Below, in pieces: positions 17,341-26,023 of a stretch of 53,596 nucleotides of DNA (within the stretch, counting starts at the first letter, position 1; the number at the start of each line of letters is the position of its first letter). The translations under genes were made by a program, and so were the position numbers. The DNA is taken from the IMG/VR virus record IMGVR_UViG_3300025030_000023, positions 1-53,596 of that record, one strand, 5' to 3'. The notes below the pieces were generated by a model. The model did no database searches and was not told the DNA's origin. It was given only the letters and a program-made list of their open reading frames with translations. The stretch comes from a virus (Duplodnaviria > Caudoviricetes).

Positions 17341-17429
17341 CATCCACAGCCACATAACTTCTAAAGGCTTCCTTGATAATACCAATGATACAGGGCGACT
17401 ATATTATGATGATAGTAAGGGGGATAGCA

Positions 17430-18983
17430 ATGCAGCTTAGACCGTACCAACAGAACGCGCTCGACCGAATCCGTGGAGCTTTTGTAAAGCACAAAGCCAA
17501 CAAGACGACTCCGAAGGTTTTGGTCTGTTCCCCTACCGGTTCCGGCAAGGGTGTGATGTTGTCCAGCGTAATCAACAGCGCAGCGTCCAAGGGTACTAAG
17601 GTTTTGTTTCTTGTCCACCGGACCGAGATACTTTTCCAAGTGTCGGACTACATGGACCACTATGACATTCGCCACGGAATCATCAAGGCGGGGGAAGAGT
17701 ATGACCCTAGGCACAATGTTGACCTTGCCAGTGTCCAGACCATGATTCGGCGCATCAAGCACAAAGACTTTGGCACATACGACATGATAGTAGTAGACGA
17801 GGCGCATCACAGCACGGCAGACACCTACGTTGAAATCATCGAGAAGTACGCCCCAAAGTTGCTCTTGGGGTTTACAGCTACCCCTTGCCGCAGTACAGGT
17901 CTAGGGCTTGGTACGCTTTACAACGAACTTATAGTAGTGGCAACCATGCAGGATTTAGTTGACCAGGGCTTTCTTGTTCCAGTCAGATATTTCGCCCCGT
18001 TTGAGCCTGATCTGAAAGGCGTCAAAATCACGGCAGGGGATTACAACCTAAAGCAGCTCAACATGACCATGATGCAAGGAGCAATAACAGCTAACATAGT
18101 GGAGAAGTGGAAGCAGTTAGGAGAAGACCGGCAGACGGTGTGTTTTACTACCACAGTTGCTCATTCGGTGGCAGTATGCGAAAAGTTTCGCGCCGAAGGT
18201 ATCAGCGCCGAGCATGTTGACGGTGCCACTGATCCCGATGAACGGAAGGAAATTCTCAGGCGGTACGCCAAAGGGGAGTTCAAAATACTTTGCAACTGCG
18301 CCGTGTTTACAGAGGGCGTAGATATTCCCTCAATTTCATGTGTCATAATGGCGCGGCCTACCAAGTCAATTGTCATGTACCTGCAATGTGTCGGCAGGGG
18401 TATGAGGCTTGCCGATGGTAAGAAGGACATGGTTTTGCTGGATATGGCCGGTGTCTATTGGGAACACGGTCCGATTACCGAAATCACCAACTGGACCCTT
18501 TCGGAAAAGACCAAAGCGGCCAGCGCGAAGAATGAAGAGCGCAAAGAGCGCAACTCCCGCCCAATCACTTGTCTCTCATGCCAACACGTGTACACAGGGC
18601 AGCTAAAATGCCCCCATTGCGGCACGATCCCCGTAAAGGAAAGGTACGGGCAGGACGTGGAAGAGATAGACGCCATATTGGGCGAAATCGTCTACAAGGG
18701 GAACACCGGCAAAGACAAGGGGAAGAAAGAGCGCCCTGCGACAATGGAAGAGAAACAGTCTTGGTACAGCCAGCTTATCCAGCATGGGAAAAATAAGGGA
18801 TACAAGGAAGGTTGGGCGGCAAATCAATATAGGGCCAAATATACAACGTGGCCGAATAAACTTGAAAAGGTTCCAAAGCCAATAACGATAAATGTTGCCA
18901 ACTGGATCAAGTCGCAAAATATCCGAAAAGCTCATAGCCCGAATAAGGTTGACAGCCATACCCAGAATATGTTACCGTCATAA
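17430..18983 (+). CDS. SF2 DEAH helicase (RadD/YejH-like) with Zn finger
   Basis: LRPYQ, PTGSGK, DEAHH, TATP, QCVGRGMR, CLSC/CPHC. Confidence 0.92.
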   Translation: MQLRPYQQNALDRIRGAFVKHKANKTTPKVLVCSPTGSGKGVMLSSVINSAASKGTKVLFLVHRTEILFQVSDYMDHYDIRHGIIKAGEEYDPRHNVDLASVQTMIRRIKHKDFGTYDMIVVDEAHHSTADTYVEIIEKYAPKLLLGFTATPCRSTGLGLGTLYNELIVVATMQDLVDQGFLVPVRYFAPFEPDLKGVKITAGDYNLKQLNMTMMQGAITANIVEKWKQLGEDRQTVCFTTTVAHSVAVCEKFRAEGISAEHVDGATDPDERKEILRRYAKGEFKILCNCAVFTEGVDIPSISCVIMARPTKSIVMYLQCVGRGMRLADGKKDMVLLDMAGVYWEHGPITEITNWTLSEKTKAASAKNEERKERNSRPITCLSCQHVYTGQLKCPHCGTIPVKERYGQDVEEIDAILGEIVYKGNTGKDKGKKERPATMEEKQSWYSQLIQHGKNKGYKEGWAANQYRAKYTTWPNKLEKVPKPITINVANWIKSQNIRKAHSPNKVDSHTQNMLPS

Positions 18984-19005
18984 AAAAGCATACATGGGGG
19001 GCAAT

Positions 19006-19884
19006 ATGCCAAGGAAAATAAACACATGCGGGATATACGCGATCAAAACCCCTGCGGGTTCTACTTATGTTGGAAGTTCCATCCACATCGAAAGACGTTT
19101 TTGTGAGCATAAGAGCATGTTAAGGCGAGGACAGCACCATAGTCATAGATTGCAAAAAGCGTATGAGAGACACGGTGACAAACTTGTATTTTCTATACTT
19201 TGTACGTGTGAAGAATGTGATCTAGTCAGTTTGGAACAGCAATATATCAACAGCCACAAAGCTAAACTTAATGTGGCTCAAGATGTAAACAATGTATGGA
19301 CTAACCCACAAGTTAGAGCCAAACTTGAAGCAACGTATTCTTCACCTGAATATCGCGAAAAGAGAAGCATTATTGCCAATAGACCCTCTAAAAGCTGGAA
19401 GAAGGTTGAATGTAGTGACGGTTCAATTTATAGAAATATGACAGAGGCTGGCCGAGCATACGGTATTAGTGCTTCCCATGTAAAAGAGATGATACGAACC
19501 GGATACCCTGGCAATAAGATAACGGTTAGGTTTAAATTGCTCGGACAAGATTGGATTCATAACTTTTCTCATGGAGAACGGTTGAGACAATCTAGGGTTA
19601 AAAATGGCAATGATAAAATGTCGGAAGATGCAAAACGTAAAATGCGTATTGCGGCTATAGGAAGAAAGCCATGTCAAAATGCAATCAATGCGTCCGTGAG
19701 AGTGTCATCAATCGCAGTCAAAGGTATTAATCTAAATACAGGCGAAGAGGTAATATACACGTCTTCTATGTCTGCTGCTCGCGCTCATGGCAATGAAAGG
19801 GTAAGGACTGCGGCCTCGCAAATCAACAAGTGTATCAAGGGAGTCAAAAAAACGGCATACGGTCACACTTGGAGCTATGCATGA
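19006..19884 (+). CDS. GIY-YIG homing endonuclease with NUMOD-like repeats
   Basis: GIYAIK...YVGSS...R..EH...EQQYI; AT-rich. Confidence 0.88.
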   Translation: MPRKINTCGIYAIKTPAGSTYVGSSIHIERRFCEHKSMLRRGQHHSHRLQKAYERHGDKLVFSILCTCEECDLVSLEQQYINSHKAKLNVAQDVNNVWTNPQVRAKLEATYSSPEYREKRSIIANRPSKSWKKVECSDGSIYRNMTEAGRAYGISASHVKEMIRTGYPGNKITVRFKLLGQDWIHNFSHGERLRQSRVKNGNDKMSEDAKRKMRIAAIGRKPCQNAINASVRVSSIAVKGINLNTGEEVIYTSSMSAARAHGNERVRTAASQINKCIKGVKKTAYGHTWSYA

Positions 19885-20705
19885 AACAGCGCGTAACCGG
19901 CAAATACCTGTACCATGCCGCAGATGGCACATTGGTCTATTACAAAGAGCGTATTGAGCCAGGGCGCAAGACTGCCAAAGAGTTCCGGTTCTACCACGGG
20001 AGAAAAGAACTAGGGCGCGGTAGTGATCCGATACTTTACAACCTTCCCAACGTGATAAGGTCCAAGGCGGTTATCTTCACCGAAGGGGAGAAGCAAGCCG
20101 ACATAATCAACAAGTGGGGGCTTTGCGGCACTACTTTTGACAGCGGAAGCAACAGCAAATTTCCATCGGAGATGGTGCCGCACCTGAAAGGCAAAAGAGT
20201 TGCCGTGCTGAGGGACAATGACTCAGCCGGTTTAGTTTATGCCGAAATGATAGCCAACACTTTGCACAACATATGCGAGGTTTCGCGCATTGTGCTTTTG
20301 CCAGGACTACCGCCAAAGGGTGACGTTTGCGATTGGGTGGAGTCAGTCGGGAATGATAAAGCCGCCATGCTTGAGATTATCAAGGATACGCCACTATTCC
20401 AATATGTGCCACCACCCCCTAAAGCCGAACTGTTCAAAAAAGGGGCAGTCAAGAAGGGTGATATTGACGGGGATATGGTTGCAATAGCCAAGGCGTTTCC
20501 GGTAGAAAGGTTGATCGAGTTTCACCAAGGGTATGCGCTGTGCCTGTGGCACAAAGAAGAAAAACCGAGCCTTCACCACCATGCGGCGAGCAACCGCGTC
20601 AAATGCTTTTCCTGCGGTAAAGGTGCAGATTCGGTCGAAATCATTATGAAGCGTGACGGTCTAAGTTTCCCCGAAAGTGTGAGGGCTTTATGCGGTTCTC
20701 TGTGA
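19881..20705 (+). CDS. Primase: TOPRIM plus C-terminal CHC2 Zn finger
   Basis: TEGEKQAD, DNDSAG, KGDVCDW; CLWH...PS...CFSC. Confidence 0.85.
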   Translation: MKQRVTGKYLYHAADGTLVYYKERIEPGRKTAKEFRFYHGRKELGRGSDPILYNLPNVIRSKAVIFTEGEKQADIINKWGLCGTTFDSGSNSKFPSEMVPHLKGKRVAVLRDNDSAGLVYAEMIANTLHNICEVSRIVLLPGLPPKGDVCDWVESVGNDKAAMLEIIKDTPLFQYVPPPPKAELFKKGAVKKGDIDGDMVAIAKAFPVERLIEFHQGYALCLWHKEEKPSLHHHAASNRVKCFSCGKGADSVEIIMKRDGLSFPESVRALCGSL

Positions 20706-21028
20706 ATGTCGGCGGGAAGTGGAAAAAGGAAGTACCATGCCATGTTTTCAAGTGGCTGTGGCGTAATGACGGCGTGACTTCTGTGGTGATAGATGATGAT
20801 GCCAATACCTACTATTGCGGGACCATCGCGCTTATGGAGACATATCAGAGTAAGTGGGCCGCAGAGGGGAAGAAGGAAGACCCCCGCCGCGCATCCACCT
20901 TTGCCGCGCTCGGCCAGGTCCTCTACGCGCAACAGCCGATGCCGGATCATACGCAAAGTGCTGCATGGTGCAAAAGGATGCAAGTGCTGTGCAGCGAGAA
21001 GGTGGGGTGTGGCAAAGAATGTTGCTAA
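20690..21028 (+). CDS. Hypothetical protein
   Basis: Coupled to primase. Confidence 0.55.
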   Translation: MRFSVNVGGKWKKEVPCHVFKWLWRNDGVTSVVIDDDANTYYCGTIALMETYQSKWAAEGKKEDPRRASTFAALGQVLYAQQPMPDHTQSAAWCKRMQVLCSEKVGCGKECC

Positions 21029-21104
21029 CCGCCCACCTTCTTGACACACCGGAGCAGTTGAGGGAGTGTATGGACATCAAACGAAGTACGCCGGGGAGGT
21101 TGAA

Positions 21105-21416
21105 ATGATGCAGAGAATCAAACGTATATGGTGCGATATGTGGGGATGCCGCGATGATGAGGATTTCACCGGATGCACCCGTTGCGGATCGCATTACTAC
21201 GGCGGTCATGACGGCGGCAACCCTTTCTACACTGAGGGCCGGTTATTCTGGCTGCAATGCAGGGTGTGGAGGGTTAAGTGGTGGCTTAGGGATACATGGC
21301 AGTACGTCAGCCGTGCTCATATCTGCGCGGAATGCGGCGAAAGGATGGAGAGATGGAACCAGCGGAAAGATAGCTGTTGCTCGGAAGAGTGCTATCAGCA
21401 GCATGTGCCGTTCTGA
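21105..21416 (+). CDS. Cys-rich hypothetical protein
   Basis: GGAGG RBS; CxxC pairs. Confidence 0.6.
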   Translation: MMQRIKRIWCDMWGCRDDEDFTGCTRCGSHYYGGHDGGNPFYTEGRLFWLQCRVWRVKWWLRDTWQYVSRAHICAECGERMERWNQRKDSCCSEECYQQHVPF

Positions 21417-21517
21417 GTGTCTGTCAGCGACCGCAGCAGAGAGACGGTGGGATAATCACAGCGCACCCCATCCGAGCAAGCGGCAGAAGGGTGAACTTTC
21501 ACCCCAAAAGGTTTGGA
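21414..21517 (+). repeat. Dispersed element (B-like tail)
   Basis: TGAGTGTCTGTCA-N14-GAGACG-N13-AGCGCACCCCATCCGAG...CTTTCACCCCAAAAGGTTTGGA. Confidence 0.85.
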
Positions 21518-21632
21518 GAAGGAAAACGCGCTTAAAGGGGTGAGAGCGGTAAGGGTAGGGGTTGGTTTGCACCTGTGCCATAAGACATCCGGAAAGCGGC
21601 AACACAGCGCAGGAAACTAGAGTTAGACGAAG

Positions 21633-21664
21633 CGCGGCCCCTGTCCAGTGAGGAAGGGGCCGCG
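21633..21664. terminator. GC-rich hairpin between convergent operons
   Basis: CGCGGCCCCT/AGGGGCCGCG; no clear U-tract. Confidence 0.5.
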
Positions 21665-21671
21665 AAGGGGG

Positions 21672-22136
21672 TTACTCGGTGTATGTGTAAACGAGGGTGC
21701 CAGTTTTGCCGATGGGGATGTCATCCGGGAATGGTGCCACTCTTACCCATCTGCAAGACCCTGAACGGTCCTCTACCAAAGAGGCGTTGTGCAAGGTCCA
21801 GATCTTCTCTACAGGCTGTTTCTTGGGGCGCTGGTAGGAGCCGGTGAGCGATACAACTTGGTATTTGAAAAATGGGGAATTATCATTACCAACTTGGCTC
21901 CGCTGAAGATCCTCGTTGCCGCTTGTCGTTTCGACAAACCCAGACGGGGCGACTATGGCCCACACCGTCACCTCCACCGTCTCCATCTCAGGGGGAGAAG
22001 CTAAAACTTGCTGGATAGCCCTTATTGCGCTAGCAGCGTTTTCCGAATCTGCGCGGAAAGAAAACTGTTTCATGTTAGTGAATGAGTCCAGAGCAATTTC
22101 AACAGCCTTTTCCAGCCTCTCTATTTTCGTTTTCAT
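21672..22136 (-). CDS. Hypothetical protein
   Basis: AAGGAGG RBS. Confidence 0.7.
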   Translation of the reverse strand: MKTKIERLEKAVEIALDSFTNMKQFSFRADSENAASAIRAIQQVLASPPEMETVEVTVWAIVAPSGFVETTSGNEDLQRSQVGNDNSPFFKYQVVSLTGSYQRPKKQPVEKIWTLHNASLVEDRSGSCRWVRVAPFPDDIPIGKTGTLVYTYTE

Positions 22137-22155
22137 ACTCCCTCCTTGTAATGGG

Positions 22156-22335
22156 CTATTTGCCCTCGTAATACCTGCGTTGCGCCTCTTTCCTCATCCC
22201 CGCCACCTCCCCATCCGTCACCCCTGCCGCTCCGTCCAGCTGACCGCTGTAGTGGTAGAGGGCGAGGGTGCCGAGGGTGATGAAGGCGAGGGTGAGGTAG
22301 GTCATGAATGACAGGGTGCGGGGTTTATTCATCAT
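22156..22335 (-). CDS. Small membrane protein
   Basis: MMNKPRTLSFMTYLTLAFITLGTLAL... Confidence 0.5.
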   Translation of the reverse strand: MMNKPRTLSFMTYLTLAFITLGTLALYHYSGQLDGAAGVTDGEVAGMRKEAQRRYYEGK

Positions 22336-22426
22336 GATCCCGCCCCACGGCCAAAATGCACATTATCACCACGCCGACGAAGGCTCCCCCCGTGGCAGAT
22401 ACCACGCATAGCATGAAAGTGGTCAT
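22325..22426 (-). CDS. Small membrane peptide
   Basis: MTTFMLCVVSATGGAFVGVVIMCILAVGRD. Confidence 0.45.
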   Translation of the reverse strand: MTTFMLCVVSATGGAFVGVVIMCILAVGRDHDE

Positions 22427-22593
22427 CGGAGCACCCCGTCAAGGATGCAACAAAGCTGCCGAGATCCAGGGAGGTCAAAGTCGTTTGCCTGTCCCATGGC
22501 CTTGCGCCACTTTTCAGCGTCTTCGATTGTCTCGAATATCAGCCCAACGGTTACAGGCTTGAACCCCTCAGTTATCTGCTTTTGTACCTTCAT
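22423..22593 (-). CDS. Hypothetical protein
   Basis: GGAGGG RBS before MKVQKQ. Confidence 0.55.
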   Translation of the reverse strand: MKVQKQITEGFKPVTVGLIFETIEDAEKWRKAMGQANDFDLPGSRQLCCILDGVLR

Positions 22594-22753
22594 ACATTCC
22601 CTCCCGCCGTATGGCTGTGAGTAGTCCAGAATATGTCGCGTCTCGGAGCAGGCTGCCCAGGTGCGCAGATAACTTTCAGGCACGGAGGGCAGTAGCTCTT
22701 GCCGTTGGTCATATTACCGCACTGTAGGCAGGGGTGGGAGTAGTAGGCCATTC

Positions 22754-23206
22754 TCATGCTGTCACCCCCTCTGTCGCATCATGCCGTGCAGGCATCCCCG
22801 CGTTGGCCGCGATAGCGTCCGCCAGAGCCACTATCATCCCCGCGTTCTCCCTGTGGTGTTGTTCAAGCTCCCTTTCCTCCCGCGCCCTCATCATCCCTCG
22901 TACCACGTCCAGCAGCCAAGCGTCCCGATCCGCTTCATTGGCGAAAGTAAAGCCGTTGAGGTCTACCGGTTCCATCCAGCAGTCGGTCACAGACTGAAAC
23001 CCCGGCACACCCTGCACCAGTGGCTTGAGCAGTCCCTGCACCCTTGTCATGGCGTCGGCATAGGTGAGCGGCACGGCGTTGATGATGCTGGTATGGACCC
23101 CAACCCCGTTGGGAGAAGGGTAGCGGCGGGACATCAGCACGTTGAACAGGCAGATGTGGGGAGTGGCAAACTGCGCGGTGTGGGATACGGCGGCGGTTAC
23201 TTTCAT
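22754..23206 (-). CDS. Hypothetical protein
   Basis: AGGAGG RBS. Confidence 0.65.
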   Translation of the reverse strand: MKVTAAVSHTAQFATPHICLFNVLMSRRYPSPNGVGVHTSIINAVPLTYADAMTRVQGLLKPLVQGVPGFQSVTDCWMEPVDLNGFTFANEADRDAWLLDVVRGMMRAREERELEQHHRENAGMIVALADAIAANAGMPARHDATEGVTA

Positions 23207-23236
23207 GTGTTCCCTCCTGAGATTGTATTGGGATGG

Positions 23237-23845
23237 TTAAGCCAAATAGGACTTGATGATTGTCGACTGGGCGTCCCTTGCTGCGTCCCTTGCTGCGGCC
23301 CTTGCTGCGTCCCTTGCTGCGGTCCATGCTGCGGCCCCTGCTGCGGTCCATGCTGCGGCCCCTGCTGCGGCCCGTGCTGCGTCCCTTGCTGCGGCCCGTG
23401 CTGCGTCCCTTGCTGCGGCCCCTGCTGCGGCCCCTGCTGCGGTCCATGCTGCAGCCCCTGCTGCGGCCCGTTCGGTTTCAGTGGCTTCCCCGTTGGCAAA
23501 TTTCCTAGCAACAGCAATAGCTTCACGTGGGCGGGTATCATCGGGTCGCTCCTGCTCGAAAATATGGAGTACAGAATCGGCACAGTCACAGGCGATATAA
23601 CGGGCGATCTTGTCGCGGTCGGGGTGTTTCACTGCACGTAGCGCCCACAGACAATCATCGGCGCCATTGGACTCCAGGATATGAAGTAGGTTGATAGGCT
23701 CCTTGTGGGCGAACCGGATGTAGATGTCACGATCTGAGTTGTACTCCTGTCCGCTGAGCGAGCATACCAGTTTGTTGTAGCCGCTGACACAGGCACCTTG
23801 TTTGCGAAGTTCTGCCAGTGTTACGGTGAAAGTTACTTTTTCCAT
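23237..23845 (-). CDS. Imm5-like protein with Ala-rich tetrapeptide repeats
   Basis: ACDCADSVLHIFE..RPDDTRPREAIAVAR followed by AARD/AAGA/AAWT repeats. Confidence 0.75.
   Translation of the reverse strand: MEKVTFTVTLAELRKQGACVSGYNKLVCSLSGQEYNSDRDIYIRFAHKEPINLLHILESNGADDCLWALRAVKHPDRDKIARYIACDCADSVLHIFEQERPDDTRPREAIAVARKFANGEATETERAAAGAAAWTAAGAAAGAAARDAARAAARDAARAAAGAAAWTAAGAAAWTAARDAARAAARDAARDAQSTIIKSYLA
23270..23470. repeat. 12-bp tandem repeat array (coding)
   Basis: Units GCAGCAnGGrmC on the minus strand, about 16-17 copies. Confidence 0.9.
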
Positions 23846-23941
23846 TTCATCCCTCCTGAGATTGAATACCGAGTCTGCCGCGCTCGGCTGGCGGTGGGGG
23901 TTATTTACAAAAGGTGTCCAGTATAGACTTTCGTGGCTCCC

Positions 23942-24094
23942 CTACTTGGCATCGTCAAAAGTTGCGTTGAATCCGATTTTATCGCAGTGGTTGGCGGCCT
24001 GATTGAAAACGTTTTCGGGTGTCGGCCCCTCGAACACTTTTACCTCGACGGGGCTTTTCCCGGCATCTGCGTCTGCGGCACTCTTCCAGATCAT
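23942..24094 (-). CDS. Small ORF or gene remnant overlapped by the antA tail
   Basis: MIWKSAADADAGKSPVEVKVFEG...; natural composition, different frame from antA. Confidence 0.4.
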   Translation of the reverse strand: MIWKSAADADAGKSPVEVKVFEGPTPENVFNQAANHCDKIGFNATFDDAK

Positions 24095-24530
24095 TCACGG
24101 CAAGCGCAAATGCCACAAGGGGCTTTTGTTCTTCGAGCTGATTGGCTTGGTTCGATGCAAGTAGCAGAGCCTCAGCGTAGGTCTGCGGAATCTGGAACTG
24201 TGCAGTTTTCAAGGCGGCTTTCTCGCAAGCGATGAAGTAATCCCTCACCTCAAAACCTTTGTCGCACCCGCTCATCATGCTGATGTGCTTACCGGCTTCC
24301 GTGGTCAAGTGGTACTCTTTCGCGTTGTGGCCCCCCCGCTTTTTGCCTGACATATTTGTCGTGCAAACGAAGTCCCTGTTTTCTAACAACCTTGCCCTTT
24401 CGATCTGTGTTTTGACCCAGTTGGAGAACTCCGCCTTACTCTCAAGAAAAGAGTGGATATCCCTAGCGTTGACCGTCTGGACAGTCTCCCCACCGATGTT
24501 ACCTTGTGCGATGGTTATCAACTCGTTCAT
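23979..24530 (-). CDS. antA: AntA/AntB antirepressor, probably C-terminally truncated
   Basis: VNARDIHSFLE..FSNWVK...VRDYFIACEK...IPQTYAEAL. Confidence 0.85.
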   Translation of the reverse strand: MNELITIAQGNIGGETVQTVNARDIHSFLESKAEFSNWVKTQIERARLLENRDFVCTTNMSGKKRGGHNAKEYHLTTEAGKHISMMSGCDKGFEVRDYFIACEKAALKTAQFQIPQTYAEALLLASNQANQLEEQKPLVAFALAVNDLEECRRRRCREKPRRGKSVRGADTRKRFQSGRQPLR

Positions 24531-24679
24531 TTAGACAACTCCTTGTCGTGGGCTTGCTCTTTGTCAAACAGTGCGTCGATAGCGCGTCTCAACACTTCGG
24601 AACGGGAAAGACCGGTTTTGAGCATGAGGCCGGTCAACTTCGTGTCGTGCATTTGTGTCAGGCTGATCTGTCTTTGCAT
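24527..24679 (-). CDS. Ribbon-helix-helix (CopG-like) regulator
   Basis: RQISLT...TGLSRSEVLRRAID. Confidence 0.75.
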   Translation of the reverse strand: MQRQISLTQMHDTKLTGLMLKTGLSRSEVLRRAIDALFDKEQAHDKELSK

Positions 24680-24728
24680 GGTAGTTCCTTTAGGCCGGTA
24701 CGGTGCCCCGGCTAGGCAGTGGGAAGGG

Positions 24729-25052
24729 TTAGAAATCGTCAGATGGTTTGGTGCAAACCCCTGACAATGCGTTCAGCGTTTCCCGTTCGTAATCGGCACG
24801 GGCCTGTTTTGCCAAGTATTCAAAACTGGGGTGAAAGTAAACTTCGGGTTTGCGTCCGTTTCTTGCTAAGTGTTTAAGTTCGCCACATTTGGCTGCGGCA
24901 TTTAATGCTTTGCGGACCTGTTGGGGAAGTCGTCCTGTGACAACCTGGACCCTCGCCATTTTTACCTTTTCTACGTTTGCTTGGTCAGCGGTCATTTCGC
25001 CGCGCAGTAACATGTCTTGCAAGCGTTCCATATTGTTCTGTGTTAGTTTCAT
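24729..25052 (-). CDS. Hypothetical protein
   Basis: First gene of the minus operon. Confidence 0.65.
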   Translation of the reverse strand: MKLTQNNMERLQDMLLRGEMTADQANVEKVKMARVQVVTGRLPQQVRKALNAAAKCGELKHLARNGRKPEVYFHPSFEYLAKQARADYERETLNALSGVCTKPSDDF

Positions 25053-25091
25053 GTCCGCCCCCGTTTTCGTGTTGCTCAGTTCTTGAATAAC

Positions 25092-25120
25092 AATATAATG
25101 GTAATCGTGTACTATGTCAA
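25092..25120 (-). promoter_or_regulatory. Near-consensus sigma70 promoter
   Basis: TTGACA-17-TATATT on the minus strand. Confidence 0.7.
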
Positions 25121-25186
25121 TACTATTTATAAACAAATCTGCAATTTATTTTATGCAGTGGTGGGCGGTGGGGTATTACGGCCTTT

Positions 25187-25292
25187 CGAGGGCCTGTCAG
25201 CCACCGACGGCAGGGAGACGGTGGAGCCGCTGACAGCGAGACACTACCGTGATAGCGCCCCAAGTGTGCACTTTCTCCCCATAAGTTTTTAT
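25187..25292 (+). repeat. Dispersed element, subtype B
   Basis: GAGGGCCTGTCA-N15-GAGACG-N14-AGCGAGACACTACCGTG...CTTTCTCCCCATAAGTTTT. Confidence 0.8.
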
Positions 25293-25320
25293 TGACACTC
25301 TTCTCATGAAGGGATATATT
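25292..25320 (+). promoter_or_regulatory. Near-consensus sigma70 promoter before the late region
   Basis: TTGACA-17-TATATT. Confidence 0.7.
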
Positions 25321-25325
25321 CCCGC

Positions 25326-25600
25326 GCAACGAGCTATTCGTTCGGTTAATCTGGAGCCGTGGCCGTTAACGCACCTCATCAGTGCAACCTCCAGTGTCGG
25401 CGTGGCCCCTCCACCAGTAGCCGACCGTCAAGCTTGGATGTGCGTGAGATTCAGGCTGGCACTCGGGAAAGACCGAGAAGAAGTTAACACCGTTCCCGCT
25501 CTGCTTAGGCATCGGGCTTGTAAGATCCCCCTTAGCTCAAAGAGAGCCCCAACACAGATTGGGAGGTGCCGGAGCGTTACCGGTAGGGGGAACACAGCAA
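25326..25600 (+). ncRNA. Putative structured RNA or late leader
   Basis: Many hairpins and a multi-way junction directly after the promoter; no convincing ORF. Confidence 0.5.
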
Positions 25601-25619
25601 CCACACCACAGGAGGGAGT

Positions 25620-25958
25620 ATGGAAGGAAGAGTGGAATACGTAGGCCAGAAGGTAGGAGCGACGGTAGCGCACCGCACAACTTCAAACGGGTGTCTGGAA
25701 CCGGCGGCAAGGATGTCTCAGACCGAGGAACAGATATCGGAACTCGACCGCGTTCAAGGTCGACTCTCAGAGTGCATCGGCCGACTGGAGGAGAGGCTAG
25801 CCAAGGGGATGCGCGGCGACTATCCCAACGTCGATTGCTGCGAGAATGCCAAAGAAGAGGAATTGGTGCCGTTGGCTGACTCCATACGGTCCATCCGCAA
25901 GCGCATCTCTTGGGCATGTGACCGCGTAGACAGTATTCTCAATCGCATTGAACTGTAG
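25620..25958 (+). CDS. Coiled-coil hypothetical protein (start uncertain)
   Basis: RBS; C-terminal LNRIEL. Confidence 0.6.
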   Translation: MEGRVEYVGQKVGATVAHRTTSNGCLEPAARMSQTEEQISELDRVQGRLSECIGRLEERLAKGMRGDYPNVDCCENAKEEELVPLADSIRSIRKRISWACDRVDSILNRIEL

Positions 25959-26023
25959 CAGAAGCCGTAGACACCCCGGACGTCTCTGATATAAGCGCAC
26001 CATCCGGGGTAGAGCATAAGGCC

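Noticed and set aside
22781-23641. Cys-rich (CCGP)n, (GPQQ)n and (RPLL)n ORFs
   Set aside because: Alternative-frame translations of the 12-bp repeat in gene 23237-23845
950-25292. Dispersed elements as conserved RNA structures or nut-like sites
   Set aside because: Stems seen in one copy are not preserved in others, and copies occur antisense to transcription
25320-25600. tRNA or tmRNA
   Set aside because: No GTTCRA T-loop or cloverleaf with acceptor stem was recognised
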